Position numbers and translations under genes: made by a program
The notes under the pieces: model-generated
Told to the model about the DNA's origin: nothing
What the model saw: only the letters and a program-made list of their open reading frames with translations
Databases searched by the model: none
Shown: positions 9,426 through 16,423 of the stretch, piece after piece
How the letters are laid out: each line of letters opens with the position of its first letter
Position numbering within the stretch: position 1 is the first letter of the stretch
NCBI GenBank assembly: GCA_050012475.1
Contig: JBEKHC010000083.1
Span: 1-23,732 of the forward strand
Length of the DNA: 23,732 nt
From: Candidatus Velthaea sp.
GTDB taxonomy: Bacteria > Vulcanimicrobiota > Vulcanimicrobiia > Vulcanimicrobiales > Vulcanimicrobiaceae
Reading direction: 5' to 3'

Positions 9426-9889
9426 AGCGCGCCTAACCAGTTTGCCAAATCGATGGCGTGAACGCTCGCAGCGTGTGATTCGTCGGCGACCATATCCGAG
9501 TCGATCGTCTCATAATCTTTGAGCATGGCATAGCCGAACTTGGGCACCCACGTATCGTCGGGGTATTTGGCTTGCCAATCGCGGAGCGCATCTTCGGCTA
9601 GGATGAGCTTGTGACAGAATCCGGCCGCGACGTCTTCGGCTGCGTTGTCCGCCCGCGCATCGATGTCATAGATGACGTTGCGCACGCCCAGAATGCTCAG
9701 TTTGAGATGCCCGAAATATTCGTCGGCGGGAGCCTTGGCGTGATGATGGGCGATCGCATTCGTGGCCGGGACGGCGGCAACGACGGGTACGGGCGCCGCG
9801 ACAGGCGGCGCGCCGTCATCGGCGGCGGCGGGCAGGCTGGTGACGGCGAGCAGGAGCGTGAAAAAACCAGCGCTTACGAAGCAGCTCAT
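9395..9889 (-). CDS. Hypothetical secreted protein (PADEYFG..K.SILG.RN type)
   Basis: Signal-peptide-like start MSCFVSAGFFTLLLAVTSLPAAA, an Ala/Pro linker and a helical domain. Has its own predicted promoter; 31-bp convergent overlap with 8469..9425. Confidence 0.7.
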   Translation of the reverse strand: MSCFVSAGFFTLLLAVTSLPAAADDGAPPVAAPVPVVAAVPATNAIAHHHAKAPADEYFGHLKLSILGVRNVIYDIDARADNAAEDVAAGFCHKLILAEDALRDWQAKYPDDTWVPKFGYAMLKDYETIDSDMVADESHAASVHAIDLANWLGALYPESEFAPK

Positions 9890-9952
9890 GACGGACGATC
9901 GATCCCCGGCTTTCTGTGACCTCAAGGTCGTGGGTGGAAGAGGCTCCAGAAA

Positions 9953-9981
9953 AGGATAGCAACGATCGGCGAAGCAAGCAA
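9953..9981 (-). promoter_or_regulatory. Sigma70-type promoter for the secreted protein
   Basis: Minus strand TTGCTT(9981-9976)-N17-TATCCT(9958-9953), with a TG extended -10. Confidence 0.5.
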
Positions 9982-10432
9982 GCTATCGGTTGCAAATGTG
10001 CGCCCGATGCGCAGACAGTCAGAGCCGAGAGAACGTCGCATCCAGCGCCCTACCTGCATCGCGCTTTCGATATGCGCGACGCTGGCAAAGAAGCGCCACT
10101 GCGAGCAAGGGCCGCAGTTCGACCTGCGCTTTTGCGGTCGCCGGATAGCCTTACGCGAAGGCGACGCAACGGGGGTAGCGTCGCGGAAGAACGGCAAATG
10201 CGGAGTTTATCGCGTGCCCGCCACCGCGCCGGCCGCACAATCACCGCGTAAGGCCGCTACATCGCTACATCGACAGCGAGGTGCCGAAGACGCGCACCGC
10301 CGGCCCGAAGTGGGCGCTTCGTCGGATGAAGAAGGCGTGGGCCAAGAAATCAGCGTTCCGATCGTGGCAAAGCGCGGGCTGTGCGTGGCGAGCGCGGTCC
10401 TCGGCTCTCAGCTATCCTTGGCTAGAATGGCC

Positions 10433-10702
10433 TCAGTGCCAAACTATATGGCCGTGATTAATCTGATCTTGGGCTTCCAATACGGCCGCCACAATCTCCG
10501 GATCCTCAGATACTTCCAGAGTTTCCCCAACCTCACGCATGAGGCGCTGAAACAACCGGAAAGCCTCCATCTCGCTCGCCGGCACGACCGCAGCGCTGGG
10601 CTTCGAATGTCGAAGAATAAGCGTAGCGAAGCCATTTTCCGCATCGTCGAGGATGCGATTAAGTTCACCGCGCGCAGCTCCAGCGGCGATTGTGCGTTCC
10701 AT
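10433..10702 (-). CDS. Phd/YefM family type II antitoxin
   Basis: MERTIAAGAARGELNRILDDAENGFATLILRHSKPSAAVVP fits the Phd/YefM N-terminal DNA-binding pattern. Acidic C-terminus ETLEVSEDPEIVAAVLEAQDQI. SD AGGA in AGGAAAGAAATG. Confidence 0.85.
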   Translation of the reverse strand: MERTIAAGAARGELNRILDDAENGFATLILRHSKPSAAVVPASEMEAFRLFQRLMREVGETLEVSEDPEIVAAVLEAQDQINHGHIVWH

Positions 10703-10756
10703 TTCTTTCCTAAATCTTCCGGTGTTACAGCCGGCATCAGCGGGCTACCGTCATGC

Positions 10757-10786
10757 TTTATACCACATAAGGTGTCGCAGTGTCAA
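10757..10786 (-). promoter_or_regulatory. Antitoxin promoter
   Basis: TTGACA(10786-10781)-N18-TATAAA(10762-10757), with a TG extended -10 (TGTGGTATAAA). Confidence 0.7.
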
Positions 10787-10804
10787 GTATTTAGCACTTT
10801 CTTT

Positions 10805-10822
10805 TGTACATTTCCTTGTATA
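10805..10822. promoter_or_regulatory. Paired YefM-type operator palindromes
   Basis: TGTACA (10805-10810) and TGTATA (10817-10822), 12 bp apart centre to centre. Confidence 0.55.
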
Positions 10823-10844
10823 CTTGCTACACATGTGGTACGTT
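10816..10844 (+). promoter_or_regulatory. Toxin promoter (probably a leaderless or short-leader transcript)
   Basis: TTGTAT(10816-10821)-N17-TACGTT(10839-10844) with a TG extension; GTG start 8 nt after the -10. Confidence 0.6.
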
Positions 10845-10852
10845 GAGGCAAC

Positions 10853-11311
10853 GTGAAACCGAAGACGCGCCCAGAGTCGATCGCTTCCGCAGCTGCCCCA
10901 AAGACAGTTCGCCTCGGCTACTCAGTCTCTGCGGACGAATTCTACAAAAGGCTTCCGGCAAAAACGCAGGCCGCGTTGGACCGCAAGCTACGTGCGTTCG
11001 GCGAAAATCTATCCATCGGCAAGCCGCTTGCTAAGGAGCTTATCGGATTTTACCGTGTAACCGTCGGCCGAATCCGGGCGATTGCGGCCTCTTCCGCCTC
11101 ATCTTCGATCGAAGCTGTCCTCAAACTCGAGAACGGGATTGTCATCGTCTATGTACTGCACATCGGTCAGCGGAAAGCCGGCTCCAAGGACGACCCTTAT
11201 GATCGAGCTGTTCAGGCATTGGCCCGCGGCGACAGCGATGCAATCGAAGTAATGAGGCTGCTAGTCGAGCAAGTTAAGGCGAAAGGACCTGCGATTTTCG
11301 ACTCCGACTAA
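10853..11311 (+). CDS. RelE/ParE superfamily toxin (RelE-like) with insertion and terminal extensions
   Basis: YSVSADEFYKRLPAKTQAALDRKL...GKPLAKELIGFYRVTVGRIR...IVYVLHIGQRK.GSKDDPY follows the RelE pattern. Confidence 0.8.
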   Translation: MKPKTRPESIASAAAPKTVRLGYSVSADEFYKRLPAKTQAALDRKLRAFGENLSIGKPLAKELIGFYRVTVGRIRAIAASSASSSIEAVLKLENGIVIVYVLHIGQRKAGSKDDPYDRAVQALARGDSDAIEVMRLLVEQVKAKGPAIFDSD

Positions 11312-11345
11312 AGCCTGCTTTCCGAAAACGCGAAAGGACGTCGTC

Positions 11346-11366
11346 AAGAACGGCACGCCCGTGCCG
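11346..11366 (-). terminator. Possible weak intrinsic terminator after the sigma gene, in the convergent gap with the toxin
   Basis: CGGCAC-GCCC-GTGCCG hairpin followed by TTCTT on the minus strand. Confidence 0.3.
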
Positions 11367-11409
11367 CCGCCGGCGGACACGTCCGACACCGAGCGATCCG
11401 CGACAGCGG

Positions 11410-12234
11410 CTATTTTTCTTGCAGAACGTTGCGCAACTTTTCGAGCGCTTTTTGCTGGAGCCGCGAGACATGCATCTGCGAAACGTTGAGGCGTTTGGCA
11501 ATCTCGGTCTGCGAGACGCTTTCATAAAAGCGCAGATACAGGATGACGCGCTCGCGTCCGCTGAGCACTTGGAAGGCGCGCTCGAGATTCGCGCGATCTT
11601 CGAGCAGGTCGAGCGCTGAATCGTTTTGTCCGACGTAGTCGGCAAGCGTTTGCGACTTCTTGTCGCCCTCGCCGTTGAGTTCGGTGTCGAGCGAAAGCAG
11701 GTTGTAGGCTTGACCGAGTTCTTGCGCTTCGAGAATATCTTCTTCGGATGCGCCGAGGTGCGAAGCAAGCTCGGCAACTGTCGGCGAGTGGCCGAGTTTC
11801 ACTGTCAACTTCTCGATTGCCCGGTTGACCGCCAAATTGAGTTCTTGCAGCCGGCGCGGAACTTTGACCGCCCAGCCCTTGTCGCGAAAATAGCGCTTGA
11901 TCTCGCCGACGATCGTCGGCGTCGCATACGTCGTGAATTCGACGCCGCGTTCGAGGTCGAAGCGATCGATCGCTTTGAGCAGCCCGACGGTGCCGACTTG
12001 GATCAAATCGTCGAGTGCTTCACCGCGGTTGGCGAACTTCACCGCGAGATAGCGCACCAAATTCAGATGCGCGACGACGAGATCGTTGCGCAAGCGCTCG
12101 TATTCCGATTCGCCGACGTTGTTCGGCCCGGCGTCGAGCGACCGGTCGCCGCGAACGACGGAGAAACGTGCGAAGATTTGCCGCGCCCGGTTGCGGTCCC
12201 AGCGTTCTTCTTCCACGTGCGGGGTTGAACTCAT
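11410..12234 (-). CDS. sigB: SigB/SigF/SigG-family RNA polymerase sigma factor
   Basis: DDLIQVGTVGLLKAIDRFD, FTTYATPTIVGEIKRYFRDKGWAVKVPRRLQEL, SQTEIAKRLNVSQMHVSRL; lies directly after rsbV/rsbW homologs. Confidence 0.92.
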   Translation of the reverse strand: MSSTPHVEEERWDRNRARQIFARFSVVRGDRSLDAGPNNVGESEYERLRNDLVVAHLNLVRYLAVKFANRGEALDDLIQVGTVGLLKAIDRFDLERGVEFTTYATPTIVGEIKRYFRDKGWAVKVPRRLQELNLAVNRAIEKLTVKLGHSPTVAELASHLGASEEDILEAQELGQAYNLLSLDTELNGEGDKKSQTLADYVGQNDSALDLLEDRANLERAFQVLSGRERVILYLRFYESVSQTEIAKRLNVSQMHVSRLQQKALEKLRNVLQEK

Positions 12235-12245
12235 GAATTAAAGCA

Positions 12246-12680
12246 CTACTCCGAGACGCGCTTGATCATGACCAACTCGGTGCCTTCACGCGCATCGACC
12301 CGGTACGTGACTTCATCCATAAGGGCGCGGATCAAAAAGACGCCGAGCTCTTCCGTGCGCCGGCCCTCGGCGAAACCGGTGTCTTTCTCGACGGACTCGA
12401 GCTTGTGGCCCACGCTGCGGTCGCGCACGCTCACGCGCACTTCATCGCTCAACACTTCGGACGTTATTTCGATCCGATCCGCGTCGGAACCGTGCTGGAT
12501 GCAGTTGGTGCAGGCCTCGGCGATCGCGAGTTTGATATCTTCGATCTCATCGACGGAGAAACGCAGGCGGCTCGCGACCGCGGCCACCGCGAGGCGCGCC
12601 ACGGCAACCCACTCGGCCCGGGCCGGGATTTTCAGCTCGACCGTATCGTCGGTCGGCACACTCGCAACGGCGGGATTCAC
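12246..12680 (-). CDS. rsbW: Anti-sigma factor, RsbW/SpoIIAB-like HATPase
   Basis: LKIPARAEWVAVARLAVA, IEDIKLAIAEACTNCIQHG (N box), LIRALMDEV; start overlaps the rsbV stop (GTGA). Confidence 0.88.
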   Translation of the reverse strand: MNPAVASVPTDDTVELKIPARAEWVAVARLAVAAVASRLRFSVDEIEDIKLAIAEACTNCIQHGSDADRIEITSEVLSDEVRVSVRDRSVGHKLESVEKDTGFAEGRRTEELGVFLIRALMDEVTYRVDAREGTELVMIKRVSE

Positions 12681-13021
12681 ACGAGCGCCTTCATCGCGCC
12701 TTGCTCGTCATCGAAGATGCCGAAGATCTTCACCAAACCCGTAATGTCGAAGATCTTCTTGATCTGCGGATTCGTGCAGACCAAGTTGACCGAGCCGCCG
12801 TGTTCGCGCACGCGCTTGAGCCCGCCGATGAGCACTCCCAACCCGGTCGAATCGATATAGCGAACCTTCTCCAGGTTGATAACCAGATTGTAGTGCTCCT
12901 GGTCGATCAGTTCGGAGATCGCGTCTTTCACTTTGGGCGACGTGTAAACGTCGATCTCCCCGGTGAGGTCGACGACGTACGCGTCGCCCTCGGACTCACG
13001 AACGTTCACTTTGATATCCAC
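12677..13021 (-). CDS. rsbV: Anti-sigma factor antagonist (STAS), RsbV-like
   Basis: GEIDVYTSP, YIDSTGLGVL (phosphoacceptor Ser), IFDITGL; SD AGGAG. Confidence 0.93.
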   Translation of the reverse strand: MDIKVNVRESEGDAYVVDLTGEIDVYTSPKVKDAISELIDQEHYNLVINLEKVRYIDSTGLGVLIGGLKRVREHGGSVNLVCTNPQIKKIFDITGLVKIFGIFDDEQGAMKALV

Positions 13022-13029
13022 CGATTCTC

Positions 13030-13401
13030 CTACATTTCGCTTTCGAGTATGCTGCGTTGGTGCGCAGCGGCATCTTTGCCTTCGGCAACCGCGACGTCGA
13101 ACCGCGCTCGAGCGTCTTCCACGATTTGCTTCCCGCGCGCGAGCAGATCGTTCGCCGATGCGGCGACCTCGTCGGCCGCCGACTGCGCGCTCTTCGACAG
13201 ATCGTCCGCTGCCTCGCGCACGCTGTGCGATGCTTCGCGGGCCTTCGCCCGCAGCCGGTCGCGGGTCTCATCGCCGGCTTGCGGTGCGACGATCATCGCG
13301 ATCGTCACGCCGACCAAACCGCCGATGAGCAAACCCGTAAAAAACCCCGGCGTCGCGCTCTCCGGTTCGGGCACGATCTCCGTTTCCGTGACGTCATTCA
13401 C
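13030..13401 (-). CDS. YtxH-like general stress protein
   Basis: GFFTGLLIGGLVGVTIAMIVAPQAGDETRDRL is the YtxH N-terminal signature, followed by a coiled helix. Confidence 0.85.
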   Translation of the reverse strand: MNDVTETEIVPEPESATPGFFTGLLIGGLVGVTIAMIVAPQAGDETRDRLRAKAREASHSVREAADDLSKSAQSAADEVAASANDLLARGKQIVEDARARFDVAVAEGKDAAAHQRSILESEM

Positions 13402-13850
13402 GAATGAACTCCGTCGCGTTCGCGCAGCGCCTGCTCCGGTGACACGATGTCGACTCGACTCTTGCCGTTGACGAAACTGCGCAGGCCCGCCGTCAAGCCG
13501 GTGAGCGTGACGCCCACATTGACGATCGCCGGGCCGACAGCCTCGTTGGCTAGACCGGACGTCTTCACCACGCCGCTGGCGACGGTTTCCAACGAACCGA
13601 CCACCGCGCTTAAGCGCGCGATCGTCGCGTCGGCCGTGTCGGCGATGCCGCCCACGTGCCCGAGCATTTCGGCGACCGGAGCGGAGAGCGCCGCCACTTG
13701 CCGATCGACCTCATCGAGCGAGGTATTCAAGCGCCGCAATGTCCCCGCGATCGCCGAGCACACGACGAGAACACCGATCCCGATGAGCAAAACGCCCAAT
13801 CCGGCACCAACGGAAAAAATAAGATGGGGCCAATCCGTTGAGGCCGTCAA
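13398..13850 (-). CDS. DUF948 / YtxG-YoxC-like membrane-anchored protein
   Basis: N-terminal TM helix then amphipathic helices (LRRLNTSLDEVDRQV); SD GGAGG 7 nt before the TTG; coupled to ytxH. Confidence 0.7.
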   Translation of the reverse strand: MTASTDWPHLIFSVGAGLGVLLIGIGVLVVCSAIAGTLRRLNTSLDEVDRQVAALSAPVAEMLGHVGGIADTADATIARLSAVVGSLETVASGVVKTSGLANEAVGPAIVNVGVTLTGLTAGLRSFVNGKSRVDIVSPEQALRERDGVHS

Positions 13851-13890
13851 GACCGAACCTCCGACTGCTCGCTAGAGCCACTAAAACCCG

Positions 13891-13916
13891 ATACCCACAT
13901 AATGTCTCCTCTACAC
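13891..13916 (-). promoter_or_regulatory. SigB-type promoter for the ytxG-ytxH-rsbV-rsbW-sigB operon
   Basis: GTGTAG(13916-13911)-N14-GGGTAT(13896-13891), resembling the SigB consensus GTTTAA-N12-14-GGGTAT. Confidence 0.55.
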
Positions 13917-15065
13917 GATGGCCGCACTGGCGCGGAACTCCGCGACGAGCGGCGGTACGATTGCAATCACCCGATCCACTTCACCAGCCGTGGTCGCGTG
14001 TCCCAACGAAAAGCGCAAAACGCCTTTTTGGTAGTTCTCCGGCAAACCAAGAGCCCTGATGACGTGACTGGGCTCGAGCGAGCCCGCGGCGCACGCGCTT
14101 CCGGCGGAGGCAGCAATGCCCTCCAAGTCGAGCCGGATCAAGAGCGCCGTCGCCGGCGTATCGGCAAACGCGATACTGCTCACGTTTGGCAGCCGGGGCG
14201 CATGCGCGGCATTGACGCGCGTGCCCGGGATCGACGCCGTGAGATGCGACTCGAGCCGGTCGCGCAGGCCGGCCAGTCGATCCGGATCGTCCCTTCGCTC
14301 GACGTCGGCAAGCACGAGGGCAAGGGCAAGGCCGGCGATTCCGGCGACGTTCTCCGTCCCCGCGCGCACACCGAACTCTTGGCTTCCGCCGACGATCTGG
14401 GCGGTCAGGGGCGTTCCCGAACGCACGTACAACGCGCCGACACCCTTGGGCCCGTAAAACTTATGGGCTGAAATCGAGAGCAAGTCGACGCCCAGCGCAC
14501 CGACATCGAGGTCAAGCAGCCCGGGAGCTTGCACCGCGTCGGTGTGAAACACGACGCCGGCTCGCCGGGCGCGGGCCGCCAGATCGGCGATCGGGGCGAT
14601 CGAACCGAGTTCGTTGTTGGCGAGCATGACGGAGGCCAAAGTCGTTTGGGGTCGCAGCGCGGCCGTGAATGCGTCCGGATCGATGAGCCCGGCTGCATCG
14701 ACCGGCAAGCGGGTGACTTCCCAGCCCGCGCCTTCTAGAACGTCGAAGGCGCGCAGCACCGCGCGATGTTCGGCGACACTGGTGACGACGTGCCGCCCGC
14801 GCCGATCCGCCGCGTGCGCCGCGCCGATGACGGCCAAACCGATCGCTTCCGAACCGCTGCCGGTGAAGATGATCTCGCGCGGTCGAGCCCCAAGCACGCC
14901 CGCTACCCGGGTCCGCGCGTCGTCGAGCACTGCCCGGGCGGCGCGGCCTTCGGCGTGGATGGAGGACGGGTTCGCGGGAGCGTCCCCGAGCAGCGGGAAC
15001 ATCGCCGCGATGACTTCCAGGCGAACCGGGGTCGTCGCCGCGTAATCGAGATAGATGCGCTTCAC
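13911..15065 (-). CDS. iscS: Cysteine desulfurase (IscS/NifS group I)
   Basis: IYLDYAATTP, NPSSIH, HTDAVQ, SAHKFYGPKG (PLP Lys), GSACAAGS (catalytic Cys). Confidence 0.93.
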   Translation of the reverse strand: MKRIYLDYAATTPVRLEVIAAMFPLLGDAPANPSSIHAEGRAARAVLDDARTRVAGVLGARPREIIFTGSGSEAIGLAVIGAAHAADRRGRHVVTSVAEHRAVLRAFDVLEGAGWEVTRLPVDAAGLIDPDAFTAALRPQTTLASVMLANNELGSIAPIADLAARARRAGVVFHTDAVQAPGLLDLDVGALGVDLLSISAHKFYGPKGVGALYVRSGTPLTAQIVGGSQEFGVRAGTENVAGIAGLALALVLADVERRDDPDRLAGLRDRLESHLTASIPGTRVNAAHAPRLPNVSSIAFADTPATALLIRLDLEGIAASAGSACAAGSLEPSHVIRALGLPENYQKGVLRFSLGHATTAGEVDRVIAIVPPLVAEFRASAAIV

Positions 15066-16417
15066 GGTCCGGCGTCGCGCCGCTCGTCGATCCAGGCGCG
15101 CAGCCGCGCCTCGTCGCCTTGCCGGGTCGGCTCGAAGTACCGGCGCCCGTCGAGCGCCGCGGGCAGATTCGACTGGAGCTTCATGGGCGGCGGCCCCTCG
15201 CCGGCGGCATCCATCGCGGCGTACTCGGTGTGCGCGTATTTGTAGCCCGCTCCGTAACCCAACCGGCGCATGAGCTGCGTCGGCGCGTTGCGCAGGTGGA
15301 CGGGGACGGCATCGTTGCGCGTTTCGGTCACGTCGGCCAGCGCGGCGCCGTAGGCGCGGCCGACGGTGTTCGATTTGGGCGCCGTGGCAAGATAGAGCGT
15401 CGCGTGGGCGAGCGGATAGAAGCCTTCAGGCATACCCACGAAATGGACGGCTTGCTGTGCCGCCATCGCTAAGGGCAGCGCGTGACGGTCGGCCAGCCCG
15501 ATGTCTTCACTGGCGAGGATGACCAGCCGGCGCGCGATGAACAGCGCGTCTTCGCCGCTTTCGATCATCCGCGCCAAGTAGTACACCGCGGCGTCGGGGT
15601 CGCTGCCGCGGACGGTCTTGATGAAGGCGCTGATCGTATCGTAGTGCGCGTCGCCGCCTTTGTCGTACGTGCGCGCGCGCTTTTGCAGCGCATCGGCGAT
15701 GGTCGCTTCGTCGATGACGGGAACGCCGGCGGCGCCGGCCGGTGCTGCAGCCGCCGCGAACTCCAGCGTGCCCAGTGCGACGCGCGCATCGCCATTGGCC
15801 AAATTGACCAGCGCGTCGAGTGCGGCCGGTTCGATCGTCACGCCGCTCTCGCCCAATCCGCGCTCGGGATCCGCGAGCGCGCGCAGCACCAGCGCGCGGA
15901 TGTCGCTATCTTCGAGCGACTTGAGCACGAACACGCGCGAGCGCGAGAGCAGTGCCGAGTTGACCTCGAACGATGGATTCTCGGTGGTCGCGCCGATTAG
16001 GGTGACCGTACCGTCCTCGACGTACGGCAGCACCGCATCCTGCTGCGCTTTGTTGAAGCGGTGGATCTCATCGATGAAGAGCACGCTGCGCCGGCCGGCG
16101 GCCTTGAGTTTCGCGGCGTCGGCAACCACGCGGCGCAGGTCGGCGACGCCGGCGCTTACCGCCGACAGCGCGGTAAAGTGCGCGCCGGTTTGCGCCGCGA
16201 TGATCTGGGCCAACGTCGTCTTGCCGGTGCCGGGCGGTCCCCACAGCACCATTGAAGGGACGGCGTCGCTCTCGATCGCGCGCCGCAGTGCGCGGCCGGG
16301 CCCGACGATGTGGTCCTGGCCGACGAACTCGTCGAGCGTTCGCGGCCGCATGCGCGCGGCCAGCGGTTCGCGCACCGTTCCGCCGGAGCCGCCGGCGGCG
16401 TCGAAAAGTCCGAGCAT
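15062..16417 (-). CDS. rarA: Replication-associated recombination protein A (MgsA/RarA AAA+ ATPase)
   Basis: PLAARMRP, GPPGTGKTT, FIDEIHRFNKAQQD, GATTENPSFEVN, ASEDIGLAD. Confidence 0.96.
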   Translation of the reverse strand: MLGLFDAAGGSGGTVREPLAARMRPRTLDEFVGQDHIVGPGRALRRAIESDAVPSMVLWGPPGTGKTTLAQIIAAQTGAHFTALSAVSAGVADLRRVVADAAKLKAAGRRSVLFIDEIHRFNKAQQDAVLPYVEDGTVTLIGATTENPSFEVNSALLSRSRVFVLKSLEDSDIRALVLRALADPERGLGESGVTIEPAALDALVNLANGDARVALGTLEFAAAAAPAGAAGVPVIDEATIADALQKRARTYDKGGDAHYDTISAFIKTVRGSDPDAAVYYLARMIESGEDALFIARRLVILASEDIGLADRHALPLAMAAQQAVHFVGMPEGFYPLAHATLYLATAPKSNTVGRAYGAALADVTETRNDAVPVHLRNAPTQLMRRLGYGAGYKYAHTEYAAMDAAGEGPPPMKLQSNLPAALDGRRYFEPTRQGDEARLRAWIDERRDAGP

Positions 16418-16423
16418 TCTGCG

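Noticed and set aside
10170..10350. Possible integrase N-terminal remnant (RKNGK.., LHRYIDSEVPKTR)
   Set aside because: Similarity is too short and vague; no catalytic motifs or att/tRNA site were seen.
9998..10846. 282-aa plus-strand ORF
   Set aside because: Runs antisense through the antitoxin and across the promoter region, with no recognisable motif or SD.
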